A stretch of 64,000 nt of DNA from Gammaproteobacteria bacterium (lineage in GTDB: Bacteria > Pseudomonadota > Gammaproteobacteria > JAJPIJ01), in assembly GCA_021324815.1 (NCBI GenBank), contig JAJPIJ010000042.1, forward strand, positions 9,505 through 73,504. Reading direction: 5' to 3'. The notes beneath the pieces are model-generated. The model did not search any database. It was not told the DNA's origin and saw only the letters and a list, made by a program, of their open reading frames with translations. The first letter of the stretch is position 1; each line of letters opens with the position of its first letter. Of this stretch, positions 39,366 to 51,251 are shown piece after piece. Both the position numbers and the translations under genes were made by a program.

Positions 39366-40219
39366 GTCGGTTTCTTCTTCCCGGTCAGGGTGCGGTAGAG
39401 GGCGATGACCGCGGCGAGGATCACCACGCCCAGCTTCTTGAGCAGGATCAGCAGCGGCCCCAGCAGGCCGGCCAGCTTGCCGAGCAGGCCGGTCTTGGCG
39501 GCGGCACCGGCCACCAGCGCCGCCAGGCCCACGGCGGCGACCTTGTCGGTGGCGCTGTTGAAGTCGGCGTAGCGCCTGCCCTCGACGAAACGCAGCCGCT
39601 TGAGCAGGATTTCGACGTGGGGTTTGCGCTGCGCCAGTGCCTCGAGCCCGGTGACCAGGTTCATGCTGATGTAGCCGTGCCGGCCCAGGGAGAGCGTGTT
39701 GAAGTTGACGAACTCGTGATCCGCGCTTTTGCCGGCGACGGCCCACAGCACCTTGTTCGTGGCGGCGTCGTAATGCGGCTTCTCCGCCCACCCCGTGACC
39801 ACGAGCGGCGGCAGGTTTTTCTCCCTGCGCCGTTCGTTGACCACCTCCGTGCCGTCCTGCATGACCTTGAGCATGGCGTCGGCGTCCCAGCTGCGGGCGT
39901 CGTCGTCCTTGACGTGGCCGCTGTCGTTGTATTCCAGAAACACGCTCCAGTCGGCGTCGGGGTTTTCGGAGACGAGTCCCAGCACGCCGCCGACCTCGGA
40001 ATGCCCGGCGCCGCGCAGCACCTGGCGGGTCTGGTCGGCGTCGAGAAACACGTAGCCCGCCGGCAGCTCCAGCACCGCCTGGTCGGCGAGCGGGATCGAC
40101 AGCGGGCCGGACTGCCAGCGCAGCTCGGCGCCGGTTCGAGAGGGCGCCGATTCCGCGGCGCCGGGCGACGGCCACAGGCCCGCGCACACGAGCAATGCGA
40201 TGCAGCGGTAATCACGCAT
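39362..40219 (-). CDS. DUF2167 domain membrane protein
   Basis: GHVKDDDA..WDAD, GWAEKPHYD, LGRHGY, GRRYADFN..DKVA..GLAALVAG. Confidence 0.85.
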   Translation of the reverse strand: MRDYRCIALLVCAGLWPSPGAAESAPSRTGAELRWQSGPLSIPLADQAVLELPAGYVFLDADQTRQVLRGAGHSEVGGVLGLVSENPDADWSVFLEYNDSGHVKDDDARSWDADAMLKVMQDGTEVVNERRREKNLPPLVVTGWAEKPHYDAATNKVLWAVAGKSADHEFVNFNTLSLGRHGYISMNLVTGLEALAQRKPHVEILLKRLRFVEGRRYADFNSATDKVAAVGLAALVAGAAAKTGLLGKLAGLLGPLLILLKKLGVVILAAVIALYRTLTGKKKPT

Positions 40220-40228
40220 CAAGCGGTT

Positions 40229-41719
40229 TCAGTGTTTGCCGAGATTTTTTTCAAGGGCCTCGCAGAGGGTGCGGAGCACCATTACACGGCCGTAACGTTT
40301 GTCATTGGCGGCGACCAGCGTCCATGGCGCGTGGGCGGTGCTGGTGCGCGCCACCATTTCGTCCACCGCCTCCTCGTAGGCGCCCCATTTGTTGCGATTG
40401 CGCCAGTCCTCCTCGGTGATCTTGTGGCGCTTGTAGGCCAGCCGCTGGCGCTCCTCGAACCGTTTCAATTGCTCGTCCGGGGAGATGTGCAGCCAGAATT
40501 TCGCGAGACAAATGCCGTGGTCGCTGAGCTGCTCCTCGAAGGCGTTGATCTCGCCATAGGCGCGCCCCCATTCCTCGGGGGTGGCGAAGCCCTCGACGCG
40601 CTCGACCATGACCCGGCCGTACCAGGAGCGATCATAAATGGTCATGTAGCCGGCGCGGGGCAGATGCCGCCAGAAGCGCCAGAGATAATGCTGCGCCCGC
40701 TCCTCGTCGGTGGGCGCCGCCACCGGGATCACTTGGATCAAGCGCGCGTCCGTGGCGGCGGCGACGCGGCGGATGGCGCCGCCCTTGCCGGCGGCGTCCC
40801 AGCCCTCGAAGATCGCCACGCTGGAGCGCTTCATTTCCCACGCCTTCCAGGTGAGTTTGTTCAGCCGGCTCTGCAACTCGGCCAGCTCGCGGTCATATTG
40901 ATCGGGGGTGAGTCTGGCCGTGACGTCCACCGTGTCCAGGATAGTGCGGCGCTTAGTGGCGCTGCGTCCGGTCTTCTCCGGCTGGGGTGGGTCTGCCGGC
41001 TTGGCGGCCGGGGCTTTCGCCGCCAGTTTCCGCTCCAGCAACTTCAACAGCAGCCGGCCGGTGGTCAGGTCGCGGTGGCGCGTGTACTTGGCGTCGATGA
41101 TGTGCCACGGCGCGTTGCCGGTGTCCGTCGCCCGTATGGCCTCTTCGGAGATCTTGGCGAACCGATCGTACATTTTATTGAAGCGTTTCTCCCATGGCGT
41201 CAGTTTCCGTTTTTGCTTGCGGAGGCTCTGCTTCAGCCTTCTCGCCTGCTCCTTCTTTGAAATGTGAAACCAGAGCTTGACGATGAGGGCGCCGCCGTCG
41301 GTGAGGGTGCGTTCCAGCGCGGCGATGTGCGCCAGATCGTCGTGGTAGTCCGTGCGGCGGGTTTCGCGGAACGCGCGCCGGACGATGGGGGCGGTGTACC
41401 AGCTGCCGAACAGGATGCCGATGGTGCCCGCCGGCGGCAATTTCCGCCAGAACCGCCAGTGCCGCGGCCGCTCGCGCTCCTCGTCGCTCTCGTCCCAGAA
41501 CGCCACCGAGCGGATGCCGCGGGCGTCCAGCCATTCGCACAACCGGTTGACCACCTCGCTCTTGCCCGCCGCCTCCACGCCGGACACGATGACGATGACC
41601 GGGAATCCGGCCTCGCGCAATCGCCGCTGCGCCTCCAGCAGCCGCGCCCGCAGTTCAGGCTCGGCCCTGGCGAATTCCGCCTTGCTGACCTTTTGTCCAA
41701 TTTCCGCCGTCTCAAACAT
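40229..41719 (-). CDS. pap: Polyphosphate:AMP phosphotransferase (two-domain PPK2)
   Basis: [16 protein letters not shown] and [11 protein letters not shown]-loops, [18 protein letters not shown]. Confidence 0.93.
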   Translation of the reverse strand: MFETAEIGQKVSKAEFARAEPELRARLLEAQRRLREAGFPVIVIVSGVEAAGKSEVVNRLCEWLDARGIRSVAFWDESDEERERPRHWRFWRKLPPAGTIGILFGSWYTAPIVRRAFRETRRTDYHDDLAHIAALERTLTDGGALIVKLWFHISKKEQARRLKQSLRKQKRKLTPWEKRFNKMYDRFAKISEEAIRATDTGNAPWHIIDAKYTRHRDLTTGRLLLKLLERKLAAKAPAAKPADPPQPEKTGRSATKRRTILDTVDVTARLTPDQYDRELAELQSRLNKLTWKAWEMKRSSVAIFEGWDAAGKGGAIRRVAAATDARLIQVIPVAAPTDEERAQHYLWRFWRHLPRAGYMTIYDRSWYGRVMVERVEGFATPEEWGRAYGEINAFEEQLSDHGICLAKFWLHISPDEQLKRFEERQRLAYKRHKITEEDWRNRNKWGAYEEAVDEMVARTSTAHAPWTLVAANDKRYGRVMVLRTLCEALEKNLGKH

Positions 41720-41863
41720 TTGCGCATCCTCCGCATCGTCCCCCGGGATGGACGGAAATGCGCACTAGTTGCGCACGAAGCCGCGGCATTGTCAACGCAG
41801 GCGCTTGATCCATATCAACCGGCGCAGCGGTACAATGCATTTCCGTCCCCATTCTGCCAGACC

Positions 41864-44800
41864 ATGCCGTTGACTCCCTTTCATCCCGCCGTCGCCGGCT
41901 GGTTCGAGCGGACCTTCGGCGCCGCCACCGACTGCCAGCGGCGGGCCTGGCCGGCGATCCGCGAGCGGCGCCACGCCCTCGTCGCGGCGCCGACCGGCTC
42001 GGGCAAGACGCTGGCGGCGTTCCTGTGCGCCATCGATGATCTGGTGCGCCGGGGGCTGGACGGCGGACTCGATGACCTGCCGCAGGTGGTGTACGTCTCG
42101 CCGCTGCGGGCGCTCGGCAACGACGTGCAGCGCAATCTCATGGCGCCGCTCGCCGGCATCCGCGATGAATTGCTGCACAGGGGGCTGCCGGACGTCGACA
42201 TCCGCACCTTCGTGCGCACCGGCGACACGCCGCCCGCCGGCCGCGCGCTGATGAAGCGCCACCCGCCGCACATCATCGTCACCACGCCCGAATCGCTGTA
42301 TCTGCTGCTGACCAGCGACGGCGGCAGCGCGCTGCTGAAGAGCGTCAGAACGGTCATCGTCGATGAGATCCACGCCATCATCGGCACCAAACGCGGCGCG
42401 CACTTGAGCTTGAGCCTGGAGCGGCTGGCGGCATTGACCGGCGCGCCGCCGGTGCGCATCGGCCTGTCCGCGACCCAGCGACCCATCGAGCAGGCGGCGG
42501 CATTCCTGACCGGCGCCGACGGGCAGGGCGCGCCGCTGCCGTGCACGGTGATCGACCTCGGCCACCACCGGCGGCGCGATCTCGCCATCGAAATGCCGCG
42601 CTCGCCGCTGGAGGAGGTGATGTCCGGCGAGGTGTGGAATGAAACCTACGATCGCCTGGCGGAGCTGATCCGCGGGCATAAAAGCACGCTGGTGTTCGTC
42701 AACACCCGGCGGCTGGCCGAGCGGCTGGCGCGCCATCTGAGCGAGCGGCTGGGCGGGGACGTGGTGGCCGCGCATCACGGCTCGCTGTCGCGCGAGCAGC
42801 GCCTCGGCGCCGAGCAGCGGCTGAAGGAGGGCGGATTGCGCGTGCTGGTGGCGACTTCCTCGCTCGAGCTCGGCATCGACATCGGCCAGGTGGATCTGGT
42901 CTGCCAGATCGGCGCGACGCGATCCATCGGCGCCTTTCTCCAGCGCGCCGGCCGCGCCGGCCACGCCGTGCACGGCACGCCCAAGGCGCGGCTGTTCCCG
43001 TTGAGCCGCGATGAGCTGGTGGAGGGCATCGCGCTGCTCGACGCGGTGCGGCGGGAGGAACTCGACGCGCTGCGGCTGCTGGAGGCGCCGCTCGACGTGC
43101 TGGCGCAGCAGATCGTCGCCGCTGTGGCGATGCGTGAGTGGGACGAGCAGGCGTTGTACATGCTCGTGCGCCGGGCCTGGCCGTATCGTGATCTGGCCCG
43201 CGACGATTTCGACGCGGTGGTGCACATGCTGGCGGAGGGGTTCAGCGCCCGGCGCGGCCGCATGGCGGCGCATCTGCACCGTGACGCCGTCCACAGTGTG
43301 CTTCGTGCCCGCCGCGGCGCGAAACTCACGGCGGTGACCTGCGGCGGTGCCATCCCCGACAACGCCGACTACGAGGTGCGCGAGCAGCCGCAGGACGTTT
43401 TCGTCGGCACCGTCAATGAGGATTTCGCCGTTGAAAGCATGGCGGGCGACATCTTCCAGCTCGGCAACACCTCCTGGCGCATCCAGCGCATCGAACCCGG
43501 CGTGGTGCGCGTGGAAAACGCCCGCGGCCAGCCGCCGACGATCCCGTTCTGGTTCGGCGAGGCGCCGGCGCGCACCGAGGAACTGTCGCGCGCGGTTTCG
43601 CGTTTGCGCGCCGGGCTGGCGCGCCGGTTCGCCGCGGCGGACGGTGGCGACGCCGCGCGCATTTGCGACGAGGCGGCGGCATGGCTGATGGCGCAGACCG
43701 GCGTCAGCGAGCCGGCGGCGCGGCAGGCGGTCGAGTATTCATGGTGCGCGTGGCGCACGCTGGGCGCGCTGCCCACGCGCGAGCAGCCCGTCCTGGAACG
43801 GTTTTTCGACGAGTCCGGCGGCATGCAGCTGGTGCTGCCCGCGCCTTATGGTGGACGCCTCAACCGCGCCTGGGGCCTGAGCCTGCGCAAGTGCTTCTGC
43901 CGCCGGTTCAACTTCGAGTTGCAGGCGGCGGCGACCGAGGACGCCATCGTGTTGTCGCTCGGCGAGACGCACAGCTTTCCGCTGGAGGAGGTCTGGCGTT
44001 ATCTGCATTCCGCCTCGGTGCGCGACGTCCTGACGCAGGCGGTGCTGGACGCGCCGCTGTTCAACGCGCGCTGGCGGTGGGTGGCGGCCGTCGCGCTGGC
44101 GATCCCGCGCTTTCGCGGCGGCAAAAAAGTGCCGCCGCGTTTGCAGCGCATGCTGGCGGAGGACCTGTCTGCCGTCGTGTTCCCGGACCAGCTGGCCTGC
44201 CTCGAGAACGTCGCCGGCCGCCGCGAGATTCCCGATCATCCCTTGGTCAAACAAACGCTGCGTGATTGCCTGACCGAGGCGATGGACATCGACGCGCTGG
44301 AACGGCTGTTGAAGGACATGGAACGGGGCGCGGTTCGTGGACTGGCGCGCGATCTCGCCGCGCCGTCGCCGCTGGCGGCGGAGATCCTGAACGCGCGCCC
44401 CCACGCCTTCCTCGACGACGCGCCGCTGGAGGAACGCCGCACGCAGGCGGTCATCAGCCGGCGCTGGTTCGACCCGCAGTCGGCCTCGGATTTGTCGCAA
44501 CTCGATCCGCAGGCCATCGCCCGCGTCCGCGCCGAGAGCCAGCCGGAGTTTTCCAACGCCGATGAATTGCACGACGCCTTGCTGAGTTACGGCTTCCTGT
44601 CCGAGGCCGAGTTGCAAGGCGCGCAGGCCTGGTTGCGGGATTTGCACGCGGCACGGCGCGCCTGGCGGATGGAGGGCCACGGCGGCGCGCCACTGTGGCT
44701 GGCGGTGGAGCGCCTGCCACGGTTTGCCGCCCTGTTCCCGTCGCTGCGGCACGACCTCGCGGTGCCCGCGGAATACGCGCGCGAATCGTGGACGGGGGAT

Positions 44801-46171
44801 ACGGCGCTCACGGCCGTATTGCGCGATCGATTGCAGGCGCTGGGGCCGGTGACCGCGGCGCAGCTCGCCGCCCCCCTCGGCCTGCCGGCCACGGCCATCA
44901 CCGCGGCGCTTCTGCAACTGGAGGCGGAAGGGGTGATCCTGCGCGGCCGCTTCACGCCCGGCACGGACGGGGAGGAATGGTGCGAGCGGCGGCTGCTGGC
45001 GCGCATTCATCGTTACACCGTCGAGCAATTGCGCGCGCAAATCGCGCCGGTGAGTGCATCCGTCTATCTGCGGTTTCTGTTCCGCTGGCAGCATGTGGCG
45101 CCGGAAGGCAGGCTGGAAGGCGCGCGGGCGCTGGCCGCGGTGCTGGGGCAACTGGAGGGATTCATCGCGCCGGCGGCGGCATGGGAGCAGGCCATCCTGC
45201 CGGTGCGGGTGCGTGATTACCATGCGGGCATGGTGGATGAACTGGGCCTGTCCGGACGCTATGGCTGGGCGCGGCCGGTGCAGGCGACGCCCGCCGCCAC
45301 GGCGGTGCAGGTGATCCCGGTGGCGTTCTTCAGCCGCCGCCTGATGTCCCAGTGGCGCAACGTATATGCACGTGCGCTGCCCGCCGGCGCCGGTGCGCCG
45401 TCGGCCGCCGCGGCGCGGGTGTTGGACGCCCTGCGCCGGCAGGGCGCCGCATTCACCGACGATCTGATCGACGCCTCGGGCCTCCTTGCCGCACAGGTCG
45501 AGGAGGCGCTGGTGGAGTTGATCGCCCGGGGGCTCGTGACGGCCGACAGTTTCGGTTCGTTGCGAACGCTCGCGCGCCGCGGTGAGCGCCGCCGCCGGCC
45601 GGGCGGCCTGATGTCGAGCGGACGCTGGGTGGCCCTGCCGCCGGTGGCCGCCGGTCCGCTCACGCCGGATATCCTCGAAATGGTCGCCCGCACTCTTCTG
45701 GGGCGCTATGGCGTCGTATTTCGCAGGCTTTGTGAACGCGAGCCGGAATTGCCGCCCTGGCGGCTGCTGCTGGACTGCTTAAGGCGGCTGGAGGCGCGTG
45801 GCGAAATCCGCGGCGGGCAGTTTGTCGCCGGTTTTGCCGGCGAACAGTTCGCCCTGAACGAGGCGGTGGCCGAATTGCGCCGTCCGCAGGCGCCCGCGGC
45901 GGGCGCGGGGCGGTGGGTGGTGCTGTCCGCCGCCGATCCGCTGAACCTGATCGGCCTGCTCACGCCGGGCCCGCGCGTGCCGGCGGTGACGGCGCATCGC
46001 GTGCTGTATGAGGACGGTACGCCGATCGCCGGCCTCAAGGGCGGCGAGGTTCACCATTTTGCCGACGTTGACCCGCGGCAGGCGTGGCGCATCCGCGATC
46101 GGCTGGCCGGGCCGCTGGCGCCGGCCCCGGAACGCGCCCGCACGCGGCACCCACGCCCGCGCATCTACTGA
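41864..46171 (+). CDS. lhr: Lhr-family ATP-dependent helicase (long form)
   Basis: [43 protein letters not shown]-terminal [18 protein letters not shown]. Confidence 0.92.
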   Translation: MPLTPFHPAVAGWFERTFGAATDCQRRAWPAIRERRHALVAAPTGSGKTLAAFLCAIDDLVRRGLDGGLDDLPQVVYVSPLRALGNDVQRNLMAPLAGIRDELLHRGLPDVDIRTFVRTGDTPPAGRALMKRHPPHIIVTTPESLYLLLTSDGGSALLKSVRTVIVDEIHAIIGTKRGAHLSLSLERLAALTGAPPVRIGLSATQRPIEQAAAFLTGADGQGAPLPCTVIDLGHHRRRDLAIEMPRSPLEEVMSGEVWNETYDRLAELIRGHKSTLVFVNTRRLAERLARHLSERLGGDVVAAHHGSLSREQRLGAEQRLKEGGLRVLVATSSLELGIDIGQVDLVCQIGATRSIGAFLQRAGRAGHAVHGTPKARLFPLSRDELVEGIALLDAVRREELDALRLLEAPLDVLAQQIVAAVAMREWDEQALYMLVRRAWPYRDLARDDFDAVVHMLAEGFSARRGRMAAHLHRDAVHSVLRARRGAKLTAVTCGGAIPDNADYEVREQPQDVFVGTVNEDFAVESMAGDIFQLGNTSWRIQRIEPGVVRVENARGQPPTIPFWFGEAPARTEELSRAVSRLRAGLARRFAAADGGDAARICDEAAAWLMAQTGVSEPAARQAVEYSWCAWRTLGALPTREQPVLERFFDESGGMQLVLPAPYGGRLNRAWGLSLRKCFCRRFNFELQAAATEDAIVLSLGETHSFPLEEVWRYLHSASVRDVLTQAVLDAPLFNARWRWVAAVALAIPRFRGGKKVPPRLQRMLAEDLSAVVFPDQLACLENVAGRREIPDHPLVKQTLRDCLTEAMDIDALERLLKDMERGAVRGLARDLAAPSPLAAEILNARPHAFLDDAPLEERRTQAVISRRWFDPQSASDLSQLDPQAIARVRAESQPEFSNADELHDALLSYGFLSEAELQGAQAWLRDLHAARRAWRMEGHGGAPLWLAVERLPRFAALFPSLRHDLAVPAEYARESWTGDTALTAVLRDRLQALGPVTAAQLAAPLGLPATAITAALLQLEAEGVILRGRFTPGTDGEEWCERRLLARIHRYTVEQLRAQIAPVSASVYLRFLFRWQHVAPEGRLEGARALAAVLGQLEGFIAPAAAWEQAILPVRVRDYHAGMVDELGLSGRYGWARPVQATPAATAVQVIPVAFFSRRLMSQWRNVYARALPAGAGAPSAAAARVLDALRRQGAAFTDDLIDASGLLAAQVEEALVELIARGLVTADSFGSLRTLARRGERRRRPGGLMSSGRWVALPPVAAGPLTPDILEMVARTLLGRYGVVFRRLCEREPELPPWRLLLDCLRRLEARGEIRGGQFVAGFAGEQFALNEAVAELRRPQAPAAGAGRWVVLSAADPLNLIGLLTPGPRVPAVTAHRVLYEDGTPIAGLKGGEVHHFADVDPRQAWRIRDRLAGPLAPAPERARTRHPRPRIY

Positions 46172-46229
46172 CGCTCCCGCCCGCCGGCTTTTGTTGGTGG
46201 CCGCGGTGAAAGGGTATCATACACAGCTT

Positions 46230-49200
46230 ATGGCTGCGGCACCCACACAAAAAACAACGGCGGGCGGTGGCGTCGAGCATCGCGCCCATCCACGCTACGC
46301 GGTCAACATCAACGCCCTGCTGACCGGCCGCGGTTTTGAATCGCGGGTCTGCACCATCCGCGATTTCTGCGCGGTCGGCATGTTCATCTCCTTCGAGTCC
46401 AGCGGCGGAAACGTGGCGTTCTCGTCGCAGCAGCCGATCGAGAAAGGCGACATGGTGCAGGTGCATTTTTTCCTCAAGGTGGGGACGCGCGACATGACCT
46501 TCGATCTGCAGGCACGGGTGGAGCGGGTGTTGCCCACGGGCATTGGTGTCGCGCTGATCGATCCTCATCCCGATTCCGTCGACGCCCTGATGCACGCGGC
46601 GCGCATGGCGCAGCCGGCGGCGCAGGCCGCTGAGCACGCGGAGCCACCCGCCGCCGCGGCGGCGGGATTCGATCGCGCGCGGCTGAGGAAACAGGTGCTG
46701 GAGACCCTGAACCGCGAATGCGGGCACTGGTTCACGAATTTCTTCAAAAAGGCGGAGGAGACGCTGTTCATCGCCTCCCGCGAGTCCACCTCCGCCGCCG
46801 AGCAGCGGCTGTACTGGGACACCGGCGGCCTGCTCAAATCGAAACGGCCGGCGATTGAGGAGGAGGTGCGCAAGACGCTCAATGAACAACTGAACAGCTT
46901 CGGCACCGGCCAGGCCGGGACGGCGGACAGCGATCGGAAAAAGGAGCCGGCTTACGGCGGCGGCGAACTTTCCCTCGTCGAGTCACGCGAATTCGAGGAA
47001 TTCCTGACCGTGAACGAGGCCATCGACAAGGCCGAGACCCTCTACAAGGCCAGGCTCAACGAACTGGAACAGCGGCTGACGCGGGTCTACGGCCAGAACG
47101 TCGACATGATTAACAATCCCATCGGCCCCCGGGCGGTGACCCGCGCCTTCAGCGACGCCATCGTCATGGCGGGCATCGAGGGAAGCCCCATGCGTTTCGT
47201 CCTGCAGGCCCTGCAGGAGACGGTGATCACGGAGCTCAGCACGTTTTATGAATCGATCAACGCCGAGCTGAAGCGCCAGGGCGTCGGCCTGCTGGAACCC
47301 GCCAAGACCAAACCCAAAATCGTGCAGGCCCGTACGCGGCCGGGAACGCCGGCCCCCGCCACGGCGCCAGCTCCGGAACAAAAGGGGGTGGCGGCGGCCG
47401 GAGCGGCCGCGGCGCCCGGCGGCCAGTGGTCTGGAGCAGCGGCGCATCCGCCCGCGGGCCAGTGGGCCGGAGGCGCCGCCGTCCCGCCAGCCGGCGGGCC
47501 CTGGCCGGCCGGGCCGGTGCCGGGCCCCTGGGCAGGTGCGGCCGCGCCCCCGGCCGCCCCCGCGGCTCCCTGGGGAGGCGTCGCCACGCCTCCGCCCGGC
47601 ATGGTTCCGGCGGGCTACCTGCCGCCGACGCCGGGCAGTTTCCGCGTGGCGCAGAACCTCTTGGAACTGCAACGACAATTCCAGGCGCCGTCGATGCCGC
47701 CTTCAGGCGGATCAGCCGCCGAGCTGGCGTCAACGGCGCCGCTGCCGGGCGCGCCGTCCCCGCCACTCACGGCGACGGTGCAGGAATTGCAAAACGCCAT
47801 GGAGGCGGTCAATCCGGGAAGCCTCGAGCGATCCGACGGCCTGCTGCCGGCGGATTACCGCCAGTTGCTGAGCGCCGCAGTGGCCTCGCAATCGCCGGGC
47901 AGGACGCCGAAGCAGATGAGCGATCACGACTGGGACACGCTGCAACTGGTGGTGGAAATCTTCAACGCCATGATCAACGACCCGCGCGTCAACGACGACG
48001 TCAAGCCGCTGATTCGCCGCCTGCGCACGCCGGTGAACCAGATTGCGCTTTCCGATCCCACCTTCTTTGAAAACCCGGCACATCCCGTCCGCCAGGTGTT
48101 GAACAAAATCACGGCGGTGCCCGGCGTCAGCAAGGACCCCGGCGATCCGGTGCGCCAGCGCCTTGACGACGTCGTCAAGCTGCTTTGCCGCACCGGCCGC
48201 CAGCATCCGGCCGCCTTCGCCGAGGTGGCCTCCGAACTCGACGCCATCATCGCGGAGCAGACGCACAGGTACGAGGCCAACATCGCGGAGCTGGTCAAGG
48301 TCAGCGAGGAGCAGCAGCGGGTGATCAAGGAGCGCCGCAAGGCGGCGGGCGAGCCCGCGAAGCCCCACGTCAGCCTGAGCGGCGAATGGCTGGAGTGGAT
48401 CAATCGGGCCAAGCGGCTCAAGGTCGGCGACCGGCTGGAATTGATCAGCGGATCGCAGAAACAGCGGGTGGGCGTGGCCTGGATCGGCGAGGACCAGGGC
48501 AGCTTCGTGCTGTCCGACACGCTGGGGAGAAGGGTCGCGAACCTGGGCATCCAGGAGCTGGCCATGCAGTTGCGGCGCGGTTCCGCCCGGGTGCTGCAGC
48601 AGGACGCCCTGCCCGCCGTCGAGCGCGGCATGTACGCCTCCATGCAGAAGCTGCACGAGCAGCTGGGCCAGCGTGTCAGCTCGGACCCGCGGACGCAACT
48701 GCTGAATGAAAAGAGCCTCCGTCATGAGATCGAAAAGGCCATGCAGGCCGCGCAGCAGGACAACATCAGCCACGCACTGGCGGTCCTCGCCGCGTCGCCG
48801 CCCCGCGGCGCCGCGGCCGCGGACAGGGCCGAATTGATCGCGGAACTGGCGGCGCGCCTGCGGACGCAGGCCGCCGCCGCCGAGGCACGTCTCGGGCGCC
48901 TGGGCGAGGATCGGCTCGCCGTGCTGCTGACGGACGTCTCCCAGGGGCAGGGCTATGAGATGGTCGAGCGGTTGCGCGCGGCCCTCGCCGAAAAGCCGTG
49001 GAAGGAGGGCAAACTCACCCTCAGCGCCGGCATGGCCCTGTTCGGCGCCGATGTCCACACCGTGGATTGCATCCTGCAGGCCGCCGACAAGGCGCTGGAA
49101 TTCGCGCTGCAGGCCGGCGCCGTGACCCGCATCGTGCACGCCGAGGACACCGATCAGGCCGCGGCCCGATCGCGCGAATTGCTGGCCGAGCAACTCACCC

Positions 49201-49919
49201 GCGCGCTGGCGGATGACCGGCTGCAGCTGGCGGCGGTGAGGGTGGTGCCGCAGCGCCCGGACCCCCGTCTGCCCGAACACATTGAACTGGTCGCCACGCT
49301 GGAATTGGACGCCGGCATCCAGGTGGAACCGGCGGCATTGCGGTGCGCGGCCGAACAGACCAAATCCGACCGCGAACTGGATCGCTGGCTGATCCGCGCC
49401 GGCCTGCGCTGGGCCGCGGGCAACATCGAGACCATGCCGGGCCAGGGCTGGATCATCCTGCGATTGTCGCCCGCCTCGCTGCATGATCCCGAGGCGGCGG
49501 CGCACATCACCAGCATCCTGATGGAAAGCGCCGTGCCGCCGGGACGGCTGTGCTTTGAACTGTCCCGCACCACGGAACTGGGCCAGCGCTCGGAGGCCGA
49601 TGAACTGGTGCGGTCATTGCGTGAATTCGGCTGTCATTTCATCTTCGGCGACTTCGGCAGCGGCCGATCCTCCTTCGCCAACGCCAAGGATTTGCAGATC
49701 GAATTGATCAAGATCGGCGATCTGGCCAGCCGCGACATCGTCAACGATCGCGCCGACGCCGCGCTGGTGCGCTCCACGGTGGAGATGGCCCATTTTGTCG
49801 GCATTCCCGTGATCGCCGATCCCGTGGACAAGCCCGCCGCGCTCACCCTCCTGCGCGAATTGGGCGTGGAATACGCGCAGGGCGCGGCGGTGGCGGCGCT
49901 GTTGCCGCTGTCATCGTAG
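46230..49919 (+). CDS. PilZ + DUF1631-like + degenerate GGDEF + degenerate EAL protein
   Basis: RAHPR/DFCAVG PilZ motifs; ELSLVE..EFEEFL, NPIGP, FF..P.HP.RQ.LN DUF1631-type motifs; RLGEDRL in place of GGDEF; ELV and GDFGSG in place of EAL and DDFGTG. Confidence 0.78.
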   Translation: MAAAPTQKTTAGGGVEHRAHPRYAVNINALLTGRGFESRVCTIRDFCAVGMFISFESSGGNVAFSSQQPIEKGDMVQVHFFLKVGTRDMTFDLQARVERVLPTGIGVALIDPHPDSVDALMHAARMAQPAAQAAEHAEPPAAAAAGFDRARLRKQVLETLNRECGHWFTNFFKKAEETLFIASRESTSAAEQRLYWDTGGLLKSKRPAIEEEVRKTLNEQLNSFGTGQAGTADSDRKKEPAYGGGELSLVESREFEEFLTVNEAIDKAETLYKARLNELEQRLTRVYGQNVDMINNPIGPRAVTRAFSDAIVMAGIEGSPMRFVLQALQETVITELSTFYESINAELKRQGVGLLEPAKTKPKIVQARTRPGTPAPATAPAPEQKGVAAAGAAAAPGGQWSGAAAHPPAGQWAGGAAVPPAGGPWPAGPVPGPWAGAAAPPAAPAAPWGGVATPPPGMVPAGYLPPTPGSFRVAQNLLELQRQFQAPSMPPSGGSAAELASTAPLPGAPSPPLTATVQELQNAMEAVNPGSLERSDGLLPADYRQLLSAAVASQSPGRTPKQMSDHDWDTLQLVVEIFNAMINDPRVNDDVKPLIRRLRTPVNQIALSDPTFFENPAHPVRQVLNKITAVPGVSKDPGDPVRQRLDDVVKLLCRTGRQHPAAFAEVASELDAIIAEQTHRYEANIAELVKVSEEQQRVIKERRKAAGEPAKPHVSLSGEWLEWINRAKRLKVGDRLELISGSQKQRVGVAWIGEDQGSFVLSDTLGRRVANLGIQELAMQLRRGSARVLQQDALPAVERGMYASMQKLHEQLGQRVSSDPRTQLLNEKSLRHEIEKAMQAAQQDNISHALAVLAASPPRGAAAADRAELIAELAARLRTQAAAAEARLGRLGEDRLAVLLTDVSQGQGYEMVERLRAALAEKPWKEGKLTLSAGMALFGADVHTVDCILQAADKALEFALQAGAVTRIVHAEDTDQAAARSRELLAEQLTRALADDRLQLAAVRVVPQRPDPRLPEHIELVATLELDAGIQVEPAALRCAAEQTKSDRELDRWLIRAGLRWAAGNIETMPGQGWIILRLSPASLHDPEAAAHITSILMESAVPPGRLCFELSRTTELGQRSEADELVRSLREFGCHFIFGDFGSGRSSFANAKDLQIELIKIGDLASRDIVNDRADAALVRSTVEMAHFVGIPVIADPVDKPAALTLLRELGVEYAQGAAVAALLPLSS

Positions 49920-49929
49920 GGAAGACGCC

Positions 49930-51216
49930 GTGGACGATCAAACGCCGGAATACATCGGCAAGTACAGGATCGTCGGCATCGCCGGCCGCGGCGCCATGGG
50001 CGTGGTCTACATCGGCCACGATCCACTGCTGGACCGCAAGGTGGCCATCAAGGTGGCGTCCAAGGCCGACATGGGCGACGAGCACGCCGCCCGGCAGGCG
50101 TTCAAGATGTTTTTGAACGAGGCGCAGACGGCCGGCGCGCTCGATCACACCCACATCCTCAAGGTCTTTGATGCCGGCGAAGTGGACAACAGCATGTACA
50201 TGGTGATGGAGTACGTCGACGGCGCCGACACGCTCAAGTCGTTCATCGAGCCCGGCAAGCTCCTGCCCGTCGACGTGCTGGCGGGCTATTTCCGCCAGTG
50301 CGCGGACGCGCTCGACTACGCCCACGGCCACGGCGTGGTGCATCGGGACATCAAGCCCGCCAACCTCATGCTGACGCGGGACGGCAAGGTCAAGATCGGC
50401 GACTTCGGCATCGCCAGGCGCGTGGCGGCCGATCAGACCCAGGTGATGGGCTGGTTCGGCTCGCCCATGTACATGTCGCCGGAACAGGCCCGCGACGAGG
50501 AAATCACGGGGCAGTCCGACCTGTTTTCACTGGGCGCGGTGATGTACGAGCTGTTGAGCGGTTCGCCGCCGTTCGTGGCGCGCGGCATCTCTGGACTCAT
50601 CCACAAGGTGCTGCACGAGGAGCCCAAGCCGCTGCGCGATCGACGGCCGGAGGTGCCGGAGAGGCTCGCCGCCATCGTCCACCGCTGCCTGCAGAAAGAC
50701 AGGGGCAGGCGTTACCAGACCGGCGCCGAGATCGTCCGCGATCTGGACGCATTTCTCGCCAGCGGCGAGACCGAGCCCGAACCGCCGGCGGAGGAGAAAC
50801 TCGAGCTGCTGAAGGCGCTGGCCTTCTTCGAGGGTTATTCCCCGGCGATGATCAAGGAGGTGTTGAAGGTGGCCCAATGGCGGGTCTTCGCCCCCGAGTC
50901 GGTGTTGATCCGGGAGGGCTATCAGGAGGCGGGCTTTTTCATCGTCATCGACGGGCAATTGAGCATGCTGCGCGATGACCGGCCGATCGGCACGGTGGAG
51001 GGCGGCGAGTGCGCGGGCGAGATCGGATATCTGACGGGCGGCAAGCGGGCGGTCACCGTCAAGGCCCTGACCAAGGTCAGGGCGTTTTTCATCGAGGCCA
51101 AACTGACGGAATGGGCCTCGCTGCCGCTGCAGATGCGTCTCCAGCGCTCCTTTCAGTCGGTGCTCATCAATCGCCTCGTGCGGGCCTATGAGCGGCTGGC
51201 GCGCCACCGGGCGTGA
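49930..51216 (+). CDS. Hanks-type Ser/Thr protein kinase with C-terminal cyclic-nucleotide-binding domain
   Basis: [52 protein letters not shown]...RAVTVKA. Confidence 0.9.
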   Translation: MDDQTPEYIGKYRIVGIAGRGAMGVVYIGHDPLLDRKVAIKVASKADMGDEHAARQAFKMFLNEAQTAGALDHTHILKVFDAGEVDNSMYMVMEYVDGADTLKSFIEPGKLLPVDVLAGYFRQCADALDYAHGHGVVHRDIKPANLMLTRDGKVKIGDFGIARRVAADQTQVMGWFGSPMYMSPEQARDEEITGQSDLFSLGAVMYELLSGSPPFVARGISGLIHKVLHEEPKPLRDRRPEVPERLAAIVHRCLQKDRGRRYQTGAEIVRDLDAFLASGETEPEPPAEEKLELLKALAFFEGYSPAMIKEVLKVAQWRVFAPESVLIREGYQEAGFFIVIDGQLSMLRDDRPIGTVEGGECAGEIGYLTGGKRAVTVKALTKVRAFFIEAKLTEWASLPLQMRLQRSFQSVLINRLVRAYERLARHRA

Positions 51217-51251
51217 AGGAATATTTCGAGAATCCATGGGAAGAAGCGTTC

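Noticed and set aside
41864..46171. Lhr helicase as part of an anti-phage system
   Set aside because: Ordinary long-form Lhr in a housekeeping context with no nuclease or defence partners
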